Shown: one piece after another, positions 40,101 to 49,035 of the stretch
Numbering within the stretch: the stretch's first letter is position 1
Layout of the letters: each line of letters starts with the position of its first letter
NCBI GenBank assembly: GCA_048270185.1
Contig: JBLWTJ010000001.1
Coordinates: forward strand, 160,001 to 224,000
Length of the DNA stretch: 64,000 nt
Source of the DNA: Bacteriovoracaceae bacterium
GTDB taxonomy: Bacteria > Bdellovibrionota > Bacteriovoracia > Bacteriovoracales > Bacteriovoracaceae
Reading direction: 5' to 3'
Position numbers and translations under genes: made by a program
The notes under the pieces: model-generated
The model's input: only the letters and a program-made list of their open reading frames with translations
Told to the model about the DNA's origin: nothing
The model's database searches: none

Positions 40101-41631
40101 CTTTTAGGAAATTTTCTTTTTCCAAGTCAATACACATATTAAGGGCCGTTTGACCGCCCATAGTAGAGAGTACGGCATCAACTCTTTCTTTTTTTATTAT
40201 TTTCTTAATCGTCTCTTTAGTAATTGGCTCTATATAAGTTCGGTAACTCATTTCCTTATCAGTCATGATTGTTGCGGGGTTTGAGTTTAGAAGAACGACT
40301 TCAAAGCCTAATTCTCTAAGGGATTTCAGTGCTTGTGTCCCACTATAATCAAACTCTGATGCTTGACCAATTTTTATGGGCCCTGAGCCTATTAAAAGAA
40401 TTTTCTTATAAGGAGAGTTTAATTCTCCTTGATGATATTCAGGAATTGCATGAATATCTTCTTTTTTGATTATTTCATTTTTTCCATTTAAGTAATCACC
40501 AATTTCACTAAAAAAGATAAGGGCGTCTTTTGGTCCAGGATTGGCCTCTGGGTGAAATTGTACACTTCGAACTCTTGAGTCAAAGCTTCTAAGTCCTTCT
40601 AGAGAGCGATCAAATAGGGAAGTGAATTCACAAAATAATTCTATTCCAAATTCATTCTCAAGTGCTTTTGTCTTAAAAGATTGTGCATCAATGGCATAGC
40701 CGTGATTCTGACTTGTAATAAGAAGTTCTTTTGTATGATGTGAGAAAACAGGGTGATTGGCCCCTCTTTGTCCAAATGGCAGTTTAATTGTCTCCATCCC
40801 ACAAGCGAGTCCAATTAATTGGTGGCCAAGACAGATTCCACGAATTGGAATATCTGTTTTAAGAAGATCCTTTACTTGTGCAATTTGATCCTTGTGCTCT
40901 TTTGGATCTCCTGGCCCATTTGATAAAAAGACCATCCTTGGTCTAAGTCCTACAACTTCCTGTGCTGACGTATTGTATGGAACAACCACTGTTGGCATTC
41001 CAAGATCTTTTATATAATTAACAATTGCCTTCTTTATCCCATAGTCAATAATGACAATTGGGTTTTCACCTTTTGTGATAACTTGTTTTTCTTTTACTGA
41101 TACTCGTGCTAGATCGTTGCACTCTAGTTGCGTGTTAGAAAAATCTGGTGCAGATTCGCTTGCTGTTATTAGACAGCGATGATCCTTTGACTTACAAGAC
41201 AGATACTTTGTTAATTGCCTTGTATCGATATCACTAATGAGTGGTATTTCACAATTTTCTAGAAAATTATTATATGAGAAATTTCTTGCGATTAAGGTTT
41301 TGGCAACGGGACCTTCATTATTAAGTCTTTGGCCTACCCTTTCGTCATATTCATAATTACCAACATGAGCAGTTGTAAAGATAATGTGCTGGCCAAGAAA
41401 TGATGGATCTGTAGCCGTTTCTTGGTAGCCGGCCATTCCTGTTGTAAATGCAGCTTCACCAAGTATGCCGCCAGTCAGTCTTGGATCATCTTTTGAAATA
41501 TTGATATAGGCTTTGAATTTAGTTTGGTCGGGAAAATGAAGAAAAATAGGAGTTTGTTTAAGAGATTTTTTAAAAAGGAGTTCTTGAGACGTGGAAGTTG
41601 TAACTTCTGTATCAAACTTTGCTTTCTTCAT
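37183..41631 (-). CDS. carB: Carbamoyl-phosphate synthase, fused small (GATase) and large subunits
   Basis: CarA motifs (FTTGMAGYQE..TDPS, SNGPGDP, GICLGHQ, SQNHG, QFHPE) continue in frame into CarB motifs (GSGPIKIGQASEFDYSG, IEMNPRVSRSS, GPNRIGQGIEFDY, MGS-like C-terminus). Start placed at 41631; the ORF track starts at 41694. Confidence 0.93.
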   Translation of the reverse strand: MKKAKFDTEVTTSTSQELLFKKSLKQTPIFLHFPDQTKFKAYINISKDDPRLTGGILGEAAFTTGMAGYQETATDPSFLGQHIIFTTAHVGNYEYDERVGQRLNNEGPVAKTLIARNFSYNNFLENCEIPLISDIDTRQLTKYLSCKSKDHRCLITASESAPDFSNTQLECNDLARVSVKEKQVITKGENPIVIIDYGIKKAIVNYIKDLGMPTVVVPYNTSAQEVVGLRPRMVFLSNGPGDPKEHKDQIAQVKDLLKTDIPIRGICLGHQLIGLACGMETIKLPFGQRGANHPVFSHHTKELLITSQNHGYAIDAQSFKTKALENEFGIELFCEFTSLFDRSLEGLRSFDSRVRSVQFHPEANPGPKDALIFFSEIGDYLNGKNEIIKKEDIHAIPEYHQGELNSPYKKILLIGSGPIKIGQASEFDYSGTQALKSLRELGFEVVLLNSNPATIMTDKEMSYRTYIEPITKETIKKIIKKERVDAVLSTMGGQTALNMCIDLEKENFLKDHNVALLGANIDTIEKTEDRKLFAEELDKLGYKSGKRFTAQSFKDAIELADSKVKFPLIIRRDFALGGKGAALVHNTDELRETLSSSDIKFPITMEKSLLGWKELELEVMVDKNRCGVVICSIENVDPCGIHTGDSITVAPAQTISDRCYQNLRTMSLTIAKHMNVVAGGANVQFAVNPKDEDDIVVIEMNPRVSRSSALASKATGYPIAKISAGLAVGLTLFEILNDITRISPVAFEPTLDYVAVKIPIFPFNKFPSSSQTLGPQMRSVGEVLALGGSFNEAFMKALRATEQGLEIPSLEQLKTTPYPMTADYLKQRLKNQRELSLLTALEGLRAGISAKDIHEISAITPWFIEQMVVFKDYEDQLKADNTIINNPESLFDLKREGFSDKYLALLSKSSIENVLDLRIKNKIRPVFKAVDTCSGEFNALTPYFYSTYTQYSDVEPIKEESCAIFGSGPNRIGQGIEFDYSCVKSCKTLAEVGVKSILLNSNPETVSTDYDSSDRLYLTPLFSEDLFEILSFENPEHVITSFSGQTGINIRAHLEAPFRSKHQKFNFLGPSLDLLDAVEDRKRFDELTKGVALAHTTSKEVRGHKNLINAITEIGFPVIIRPSYVIGGESMFIFESQEDIENLPQEILKSLHENSITFQVENYISNALEYDVDLIRDKKGNTVFTICEHIEYAGVHSGDSGMISPPKIASKEIIEKMRQLASEMAGNMEITGPINFQFALKGEDIYCIEANPRGSRTIPFLSKAYDINLAGLATRALLGEEIETIKELKSSYKVIKQSTFPFDRFVQDSIILGPKMRSTGETLGIDKNLDKAMLKSYLGNYPDLLDKKSILISLSNKDDERLIANLKKLAANGFKFYATKGTFRFLKEKCYVDATIVDKLSSNGDNPSMLDAIKDEDMAMVLNTPLNQGRSMSDGEFIRNASIQYAVPCFTRLENINAVVEALTYTITSELGPVSLQEMLSE

Positions 41632-42604
41632 GCGTGGAATTTCCTTGTGTATTAAATATTTTATTATATCGTGCGCCGATATTATCGTCGCCATTAGTAA
41701 TCATTGCTTCAATAATGGCCATGCGGACATAGATTGAATTTTCAACTTGTTTATGTGCTTTCCAAAGGTTTGAGTTAACAATAGCACTATCAACTTCAAT
41801 CCCAATATTTGCCGGGCCTGGGTGAAAAATTGGGATTTCATATCCTAATTTCTTAATGCGATCTATGTTAATTCCCCAGTCACTATTATAGCTTGTCATA
41901 TCAAATTGATGGCCGTGTCTTTCAGTTTGGATTCTGAGAAGATAAATAGCATCACTTTCTCTTAGACATTGGTCGAGATCAGTCATGACCTTAATATGAT
42001 TTGGAAGATTTTTAGGAATAAATTCCTTTGGTCCACATAAAGTAATTTCAATTCCAAACATTGGCAGTAGATCAATAAGTGAATGAGTTACACGCGAGTG
42101 AGTGCAATCTCCAACGATAGCAATCTTCTTACCTTTTAGATCTCCTGGCCTTTTTACTTTAAATTCTTCCATTAATGTATAGAGATCAAGAAGGGCCTGT
42201 GTCGGGTGTTGATTTGATCCATCCCCACCGTTTATCATCTTAATTGGTGGCCTTTCTTTAAATTCAGTAAGTAGCCCTGAATCCTTTGTTCGCACAATAC
42301 AAATATCAATGCCTTGATAATTCAATGTTAGAAGTGTTTGTTCAAGAGATTCACCTTTTTTAAGAGATGATTTCTCAGCGTCAAAATCAATATGAATACC
42401 TTCAAGTTGTTTGATGGCCATCGTAAATGATAATTTTGTTCTAGTTGAATTTTCGAGAAATGATGTTGCTACAGATATTTTGCGTTTTAGAGGAAGTCTT
42501 GCCGGTGAACCAAGTTTTAGTTCCTGAGATCTTTGGAGGAGTTGCTCAACTTGCTCGCGGTTTAAATCTTCTATTCCTTCCAGAATAGATGGAAATCCAT
42601 TCAT
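41612..42604 (-). CDS. pyrB: Aspartate carbamoyltransferase catalytic subunit
   Basis: FLENSTRT, KGESL, HPTQALLD, HSRV, RIQTER, HPGP. Confidence 0.95.
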   Translation of the reverse strand: MNGFPSILEGIEDLNREQVEQLLQRSQELKLGSPARLPLKRKISVATSFLENSTRTKLSFTMAIKQLEGIHIDFDAEKSSLKKGESLEQTLLTLNYQGIDICIVRTKDSGLLTEFKERPPIKMINGGDGSNQHPTQALLDLYTLMEEFKVKRPGDLKGKKIAIVGDCTHSRVTHSLIDLLPMFGIEITLCGPKEFIPKNLPNHIKVMTDLDQCLRESDAIYLLRIQTERHGHQFDMTSYNSDWGINIDRIKKLGYEIPIFHPGPANIGIEVDSAIVNSNLWKAHKQVENSIYVRMAIIEAMITNGDDNIGARYNKIFNTQGNSTHEESKV

Positions 42605-42700
42605 GACATTCCAGTAGTGCTGAGATACAATATTTTAAAAAAGTGTATTAAATGCAAGGCATCTTGGCCACCAAAAAGATGACTAAAATGACGACTTTTT

Positions 42701-43750
42701 TTGACAAGACCAAAAGAGACTAAAGTGGCTAATTTTACAGCAAATTTTAAAGAAATTCATAATAAGACTCAGCTTGAGGCCCTAAAGAATGAAATCAAAG
42801 GAAATCTCTTTGAATTCCTTGTTGCTAAAGAGATCTCTAGTATAAATAAGATTGAGGCCAACTTTCATCGCAATCTCAATCCATCTTTACTCGCTATGAT
42901 GCGAGATTATGAACTTTGGTTGAGACAGCATGATCGCAATCTCTTATCTAAGCTTCCAGTCCTGGCCAAAGCCTGTGCTGAAAAAATTAATAATCAATTT
43001 GATTGCCCTTTAACTAATATTACTGTTGTAGGAAAATTAAGTGATCACGATATAAAAAACTTCCTTCATGAAGCTGATATCGTTGTTCAAATGGAATCAA
43101 AGGTTATTCCAATTAGTCTAAAACTTGTAAAGTCTGGTGCTAATATTACAACGAAGTCGGCAGGGGCCAAGAGTATATTTCATAAATACTTCAAAGACTT
43201 TAAAGAAATTGACTTCATTCAGAATACATTAAATGAATATATTGACCAAGAATTTGATCGCTTTGCTCGTGGCCTATATGAAAGGCGAGGACTTGATTAT
43301 AATGGACGTTTTGACTCTCTGTGGACTGAAACTCACTTACCGGGAGAATTAGAAGGCAAGGATCGCGAAGATCTTTACTCTCTTTATCGCTCACTCATAA
43401 AGCACTACCATGATATCTTCACAAAACTCTTAGCGCAGGATCAATCTTTATTTATCAGTAGTATTCTTCCTCTAATGGGACTGGGGAATAAAGATGTTGT
43501 ACAGGGGATTTGTTTTTATAAACATGGGAGCTATGATTTGGATTACTCTCACGTCGTAAACTATACAAAAATGAACGATATTAGAATTTGTGCTCTTAAT
43601 CCTGATATATCTTCTTTTAATATCATCATTGGTGAGGATTCTTTACAGATCCGTGTAAAGCCCATGAATAAATTTAGTGCTCCTTCTTATAAGATTAACT
43701 GTTCGATGAAGTTTGCAAAAGACAATGAAAAAAAGGAAAGAAATGTTTGA
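42701..43750 (+). CDS. PD-(D/E)XK restriction-endonuclease-like protein (distant HaeIII-like)
   Basis: KGNLFE helix, EADIVV, IPISLK core, C-terminal LQIRVKPMNKFSAPSYKINC. Confidence 0.55.
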   Translation: MTRPKETKVANFTANFKEIHNKTQLEALKNEIKGNLFEFLVAKEISSINKIEANFHRNLNPSLLAMMRDYELWLRQHDRNLLSKLPVLAKACAEKINNQFDCPLTNITVVGKLSDHDIKNFLHEADIVVQMESKVIPISLKLVKSGANITTKSAGAKSIFHKYFKDFKEIDFIQNTLNEYIDQEFDRFARGLYERRGLDYNGRFDSLWTETHLPGELEGKDREDLYSLYRSLIKHYHDIFTKLLAQDQSLFISSILPLMGLGNKDVVQGICFYKHGSYDLDYSHVVNYTKMNDIRICALNPDISSFNIIIGEDSLQIRVKPMNKFSAPSYKINCSMKFAKDNEKKERNV

Positions 43751-44690
43751 TATCGTACTTTGTCAAAGAGACTATAAAGAAATTAGTAGTATAGCTCAAA
43801 ACTTTTTTGAGGTTCTAGAGTTTAGTGGAGATGAGCAGTTAAAGGATCTCTTAAATGCCAAGAAGAAGGTTCTTCTTGTGACGGCCAAGTCTAGTGTTGT
43901 GCCGGATCTCTTTAATCTCTATAATCAAGCAAAAAATGGAAATTGTGAATATTACTATCTCTCTCGTTTAAATCTCAATCTTGATGAATTAGAGTCTTGT
44001 GAGAAATTCTTCCCGGAAGTAAATGATATAAGTGTCTGCGCTGACTACTATAGCGCCAGCGGAGTTTTCTTTATTGATACAATCGATCCCGTTGGAATGC
44101 CTAATTTTAAAAAAGATATCATGCCAATATTAAAGTCTTATGTTGATTTTAAAGAATACAAGGCCGCACTTTTCCTCGATCGCGATGGCGTTTTAAATAT
44201 TGACCATTCCTATGTTCATAAAATTGATGATCTTGAGCTTGTTGATGGTGCATATGATTTTCTTCTTCATGATTTTAATCGTGAACGCATTAAAATTGTT
44301 GTGACAAATCAATCAGGTGTTTCTAAGGGAATGTTTGAATACCAGGAAGTGGAAAATTTCAATGCTGAGTTGAATAAGTGTTTAAGTCATCTCATTGATG
44401 CCTTCTATATTGCTCCTTTTGAATTTACCAAGGGGGTAGGTCAGTACAAGTATCACTCTTTACTTAGAAAGCCGCACCCTGGGATGATCTTCATGGCCTG
44501 CTATGATTTTCCAATTGATCTTTCAACATCATACTTAGTTGGAGATAAGGCCAGTGACGATCTTAATTATGAACTTCTTCAGACTGTTCATTTAAGTGGT
44601 AAGTATGATCTTTCTCGTTGTAAACGAGTTGCTTCAGATTTTGAAGAAGTAATAAAAATTGCCAGCTTATTGCCAAATAAGACAAATTGA
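43743..44690 (+). CDS. gmhB: GmhB-like D,D-heptose 1,7-bisphosphate phosphatase (HAD IIIA) with N-terminal extension
   Basis: FLDRDGVLN, VTNQSG, RKPHPGM, VGDKASD. ATG at 43743 overlaps the upstream stop. Confidence 0.7.
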   Translation: MFDIVLCQRDYKEISSIAQNFFEVLEFSGDEQLKDLLNAKKKVLLVTAKSSVVPDLFNLYNQAKNGNCEYYYLSRLNLNLDELESCEKFFPEVNDISVCADYYSASGVFFIDTIDPVGMPNFKKDIMPILKSYVDFKEYKAALFLDRDGVLNIDHSYVHKIDDLELVDGAYDFLLHDFNRERIKIVVTNQSGVSKGMFEYQEVENFNAELNKCLSHLIDAFYIAPFEFTKGVGQYKYHSLLRKPHPGMIFMACYDFPIDLSTSYLVGDKASDDLNYELLQTVHLSGKYDLSRCKRVASDFEEVIKIASLLPNKTN

Positions 44691-44722
44691 GTCAAAATTC
44701 CTCTATGTAAAAGGAATTACAT

Positions 44723-45121
44723 ATGAAAATGAACTTATTGGGCCTATTTGGTCTCTTTACTATATTTACTATACTATATCCAAGCTCGGTCTTTGCACGT
44801 GAGCTTAATTCAAAAGAAATCGAACTTGAGTCTAAGGCGCAGCTCTTAAAGCAACTCAATGAAGAGTATGTTTCGCGCTTTGATATTAAGGATCTGCCTT
44901 TATCAAAGTATCTCTCATTTGTTATCTTAAAAAATGGTTGTGCCCCTTTTTATCAAACGATTGAAGAGATTCGATTAGAAGATGAGAGTTTTCCTGATAA
45001 GAGTGCGCAGCTCGATCAACAATATCATCTTTGTCACAAATCAAATATGGCCTTAAAGGAATTTAATCCTGATGATGTCGATTCTTCTGAGACACTACAG
45101 CGCTTAAGCAATGAGCACTAG
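44723..45121 (+). CDS. Small secreted hypothetical protein
   Basis: AAGGA RBS, signal peptide ending VFA, two Cys. Confidence 0.7.
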   Translation: MKMNLLGLFGLFTIFTILYPSSVFARELNSKEIELESKAQLLKQLNEEYVSRFDIKDLPLSKYLSFVILKNGCAPFYQTIEEIRLEDESFPDKSAQLDQQYHLCHKSNMALKEFNPDDVDSSETLQRLSNEH

Positions 45122-46076
45122 TTCTGTTAAGTATAAAGTCTATCTGGTTTCAAGTAATAATCCATATGTAAATTTGGCATTTGAAGATCACCTTCTGCGA
45201 ACTCATATTGCAAGCAAGAGTAATGCTCAGATTCTCATTCTTTGGCAGAGTTCTCCTAGTATTGTGATGGGAAAATTTCAAAACCCATGGCTTGAATGTC
45301 AGGTGGGTAAAGTAAATGAACTTGGTATCAATCTCGTTAGACGCCAAAGTGGTGGCGGCTGTGTTTACCACGACCTTGGTAATATGAATTACTCATTTAT
45401 TAGTCCCAAGTCAGATTACAATAAATCTCGTAATGCAGGGATTATTGTCGACGCTCTTAAGTCACTTGGTATAAATGCTTTTGAAAATGAAAGACATGAT
45501 TTAAGGGTTATTCACGATAATATCGACTATAAAATTTCTGGGTGCGCCTTTAAAGAAACAAAGCATAGTGCTCTTCATCATGGAACACTTCTAATTAATG
45601 CTGATACGGCCCTTTTAAATGAACTACTGCGTTCTAAGTTTAAGAGTGAGGCTGCCTTGGGGGTAAAATCTGTGCGCTCAAGTGTAACAAACATACAAAA
45701 GCTATTACCAGAGCTCACAAAGGCCAAGCTAACTTCGGCCATTATTAAGTCATTTTCGCCAGATTGTGAAATAGTTGAGATATTTGAGCAGGATATTTGT
45801 ATGATCGAAGGAATGCTTACTAAAGTTGAAGAGCTTAAAAGTTGGCAATGGATCTTAGGCTCCACTCCTAAATTTTCTCTTAATGTTGATGGGATGGAAC
45901 TTACTATAAAGAATGCCAGGGTTATTGCTGTCGATCCTCAAACAGACGAATCAGAGACTTTGATCAATTTAGTAATCGATAAGAAATTTTATGAGCAAGA
46001 AGAAAATCAACTAGGACAATTAAGCTCCTATCAGTCCGACTTTATAAATAAATGTTATAATATCCTCTATATTTGA
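45111..46076 (+). CDS. lplA: Lipoate-protein ligase A
   Basis: NPYVNLAFE, GKFQNPWLE, RRQSGGGCVYHDLGN, KISGCAF, HHGTLL, SVRS.V.N. Confidence 0.92.
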   Translation: MSTSSVKYKVYLVSSNNPYVNLAFEDHLLRTHIASKSNAQILILWQSSPSIVMGKFQNPWLECQVGKVNELGINLVRRQSGGGCVYHDLGNMNYSFISPKSDYNKSRNAGIIVDALKSLGINAFENERHDLRVIHDNIDYKISGCAFKETKHSALHHGTLLINADTALLNELLRSKFKSEAALGVKSVRSSVTNIQKLLPELTKAKLTSAIIKSFSPDCEIVEIFEQDICMIEGMLTKVEELKSWQWILGSTPKFSLNVDGMELTIKNARVIAVDPQTDESETLINLVIDKKFYEQEENQLGQLSSYQSDFINKCYNILYI

Positions 46077-46085
46077 TGATTTAAA

Positions 46086-46445
46086 TTGGGGATGAAAATG
46101 CGCGAACGTATCAATCTTATTATCGATGAAACTCTCATTAGTGAGGGAGAAGCAAGTGATTGTATGTATCTTTTAAAGAAGGGATGCCTGGCCGTCTTTA
46201 AGGAAGTTGATGGTGTTCAAAAGCAGATTGGTACAATCTATGAAGGTGAATTCGTTGGGGAAGTTAGCTTTTTAGATAAGAGAAAGCGTTGTGCATCTGT
46301 TAAGGCCATGGTTGAGAGTGAAGTCGAAGTCTTTGATAGTCAAAAATTTCAAGAATTTATCGATTCAAGACCTAAGTGGCTACAAAGTATGATGCGAACT
46401 CTTGCAGATCGTCTACGTTCAACCAATGATAAGATAAAGGTATAA
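46086..46445 (+). CDS. Stand-alone cyclic-nucleotide-binding domain protein
   Basis: EGEASDCMYLL, GEFVGEVSF, RCASVKA; no HTH. True start may be an ATG a few codons downstream. Confidence 0.85.
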   Translation: MGMKMRERINLIIDETLISEGEASDCMYLLKKGCLAVFKEVDGVQKQIGTIYEGEFVGEVSFLDKRKRCASVKAMVESEVEVFDSQKFQEFIDSRPKWLQSMMRTLADRLRSTNDKIKV

Positions 46446-46446
46446 G

Positions 46447-46806
46447 ATGGCAAATCCAACGACAGTCTTTATTAATGAGGGGCAATACTTAATTCGCGAA
46501 GGGGAAGAAAGTAAGGAAATCTATATTCTTGAAGAGGGAACTCTTGGAGTTTATAAAGTTCGCTCAAGTACGGAAGTTAAAATTGGTTCAATCTTTCAAG
46601 GTGAAATGGTTGGAGAGATGAGCTTCTTTGATAATGAGCCTCGAAGTGCAACGATTAAGGCCGAAACAAATGCCAGACTTCTAGTTATTCCATCTGCAAA
46701 GTTTGAACTCTACTTGAAGAAGCAACCAAAGTGGTTCACTGAGCTTTTAGAGACACTCATAGATCGAATAAGAAAGGCTTCCTCAAGAGTTAGACCTGAA
46801 GTTTAA
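46447..46806 (+). CDS. Stand-alone cyclic-nucleotide-binding domain protein (paralog)
   Basis: EGEESKEIYIL, GEMVGEMSF, PRSATIKA. Confidence 0.88.
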   Translation: MANPTTVFINEGQYLIREGEESKEIYILEEGTLGVYKVRSSTEVKIGSIFQGEMVGEMSFFDNEPRSATIKAETNARLLVIPSAKFELYLKKQPKWFTELLETLIDRIRKASSRVRPEV

Positions 46807-47357
46807 TTTGAATTTCTAAGTCTTCTAAAATTTTCAAAATCTTCTCTTGTCACCTCATTGTCATCAATTGAGAGATGATTAAGAATTGGCAGCATGGCAA
46901 GGACTCGAGGAATTTCGCGAAAGCTATTCTTATCAAGATTTATACGTTTCAAATTCTTAAGCCATTCAAATTCATTTGGTAATTCATGCAGGTTATTTCC
47001 TTGTAATTCGAGGCCTTCAAGATTTTCTAGCTCACATATCCAATGTGATATCGAATGTAGGTCACAATAAGCAAGTTTTAAATGTTTGAGTTTGGATGGG
47101 CCATTAATTACTAATTCATTGATATTTGTTATTCCACTTAATTTTAAAATTTCTAATTGATTAAGATTAGTCATCTCAAAGCGGCATGCACTTTGTGCAT
47201 TAATACTTAAATTAGTGAGTTTACTAAGGCTTGCAAGATCTCCCGTAATTGTAATCGGGTGCTTTGCCATAATCTCAAGAAGTCTAATCTCAAGATTTAG
47301 GTCTGTGATCTCATTGATATTGAGATGAGTTTGTTTCTTCGTAGGCTTAACTAGCAT
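46803..47357 (-). CDS. Leucine-rich repeat protein
   Basis: Repeats LENLEGLELQGNNLHELP, LKNLKRINLDKNSFREIP, LNHLSIDDN. Confidence 0.85.
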   Translation of the reverse strand: MLVKPTKKQTHLNINEITDLNLEIRLLEIMAKHPITITGDLASLSKLTNLSINAQSACRFEMTNLNQLEILKLSGITNINELVINGPSKLKHLKLAYCDLHSISHWICELENLEGLELQGNNLHELPNEFEWLKNLKRINLDKNSFREIPRVLAMLPILNHLSIDDNEVTREDFENFRRLRNSN

Positions 47358-47386
47358 ATTCTAATTTTAACACAAATTAGAAATGA

Positions 47387-47731
47387 CTAAAGGTATTGAA
47401 TGAATTTATTATTTTCGTCCACAAGGATCTGCTTTGGATGAATATCTTTCTTATCAGTCATTTGAAAACCAATAATGATAACTTCATGACCTTCATTGAT
47501 AAGATGAGCTGCTGCACCGTTTAAGCAGATTTCTCCTGAACCGCGCTCTCCCTTAATTACATAAGTCTCAAGTCGAGCACCGTTTGTATTTGATACAATA
47601 AGAACTTTTTGTCCTGGCCACAAGTCAACCATCTCTAAGAGCTCTTCATCAATTGTAATTGAGCCAATATAGTTTAGGTCTGCCTGAGTAACACGGGCCT
47701 TGTGAATTTTTGATTGAAGCATTTCGCGCAT
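47387..47731 (-). CDS. panD: Aspartate 1-decarboxylase
   Basis: SKIHKARVT.ADLNYIG/SITID self-cleavage site, NGARLETY, LNGAAA. Confidence 0.95.
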   Translation of the reverse strand: MREMLQSKIHKARVTQADLNYIGSITIDEELLEMVDLWPGQKVLIVSNTNGARLETYVIKGERGSGEICLNGAAAHLINEGHEVIIIGFQMTDKKDIHPKQILVDENNKFIQYL

Positions 47732-47812
47732 ATACGCTTTTTATCAAATAACTTAAGGCCCGCCAACGAAAATTTTTACTAGCGAAACACTTTCATTCTT
47801 AGTCAGTACTTT

Positions 47813-49024
47813 TTATTTGGTTTCAGGTCCTGGAATTCCTAAAAAATAGAGAATTGAGGTCATAGGGCCAAAACTCATATTATTTTGAGCATTTTTACGC
47901 ACAATGTCTTTTGCGTGAAAGGCAATACCGAGTCCTGCTTGAGCGAGCATTGGGAGATCATTTGCTCCATCTCCAATGGCCACAACTTGTTCAAGAGAAA
48001 TTCCTTCTTGCTGAGCAATGAGGTTAACTAAAACGGCCTTTTGTTCAGCATTAACAATTGTCCCTTTTACTTTTCCTGTTAATTCACCGTCTATGATTTC
48101 AAGTTCATTGGCAAAAGCGTAATCGAGGTCTAGTTTCTCTTTTAGGTGATTGGCAAAGTATGTAAATCCCCCTGAGATCAAAGCGACTTTATAACCATAC
48201 TTCTTTACTGTTTTGATAAAGTCTTCTACACCGTCTGTCAGTGGAAGTTTTGCTGCAATGTCAGATAGAGTTGATTCTTTAAGACCTTTTAAGTGGCCGA
48301 CTCTCTCGATTAGAGATTGGTTGAAATCAAGTTCACCGTTCATGGCCCTTTCTGTAATCTCACTGACCTTGGCCCCTATTCCGTGTACATGGGCAAGTTC
48401 ATCGATGACCTCTGCTTGAATGAGAGTTGAATCCATGTCAAAAACGATAAGCCTTTTTGAGCGGCGATAGACATCATCGCGAATGAAGGCAATATCGGTA
48501 CTATGCTCATTGCTAATAGTTAGAAGCTCTGACTTAACTTCATCAAGGCCACTTGGATCTGGCACATCAGTTAAAACTTCAAGGGAATTAAAGCCCTCTT
48601 TTGAAACGTTATCAATACGATAAATATTAATTCCATGATTGGCCAAGGATTGGGCCACATGGGAGATAAAGCCTGCAGAGATTTTCTTTGGTGCAACACA
48701 ATTTAAAATGAAGCTATTATAAGGAGTCTTGTACTTAGTGATCCCTTGAATGATTGAATACTCTAGCCTTAGTCCGAGTTCATGGGCCTCAAATAAGAGG
48801 TCTTTTAGTACTGTTTGATTGCTTGTCTTATCACTACTGATTTTAATAACAAAAGATAGAGATAGAAGATTGTGAGTAATGGCCTGGTTTATATCAGTGA
48901 TATCTGAGTTATTATCATTAATGATCTTCATCAGACGAGCAGTAATTCCTGGCCTATCTTCACCTGATACGGTGATTATTATTTCTTTAAATACTTTAGC
49001 ATTTGTTTGTGAATTATCTTCCAT
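47813..49024 (-). CDS. serB: Phosphoserine phosphatase with ACT domains
   Basis: GEDRPGIT ACT domain, FDMDSTLI, SGGF, GDGANDL. Confidence 0.95.
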   Translation of the reverse strand: MEDNSQTNAKVFKEIIITVSGEDRPGITARLMKIINDNNSDITDINQAITHNLLSLSFVIKISSDKTSNQTVLKDLLFEAHELGLRLEYSIIQGITKYKTPYNSFILNCVAPKKISAGFISHVAQSLANHGINIYRIDNVSKEGFNSLEVLTDVPDPSGLDEVKSELLTISNEHSTDIAFIRDDVYRRSKRLIVFDMDSTLIQAEVIDELAHVHGIGAKVSEITERAMNGELDFNQSLIERVGHLKGLKESTLSDIAAKLPLTDGVEDFIKTVKKYGYKVALISGGFTYFANHLKEKLDLDYAFANELEIIDGELTGKVKGTIVNAEQKAVLVNLIAQQEGISLEQVVAIGDGANDLPMLAQAGLGIAFHAKDIVRKNAQNNMSFGPMTSILYFLGIPGPETK

Positions 49025-49035
49025 GAAAATTCCTT

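Noticed and set aside
41612..41694. pyrB-carAB frameshift fusion (CAD-like polyprotein)
   Set aside because: The 83-nt overlap comes from an over-extended ORF start. ATG 41631 with upstream AAGGA explains it, pyrB is complete, and no slippery site is evident.
42701..44690. Classical type II restriction-modification system
   Set aside because: No methyltransferase motifs (FxGxG with PC, or DPPY/NPPY) in neighbouring ORFs.
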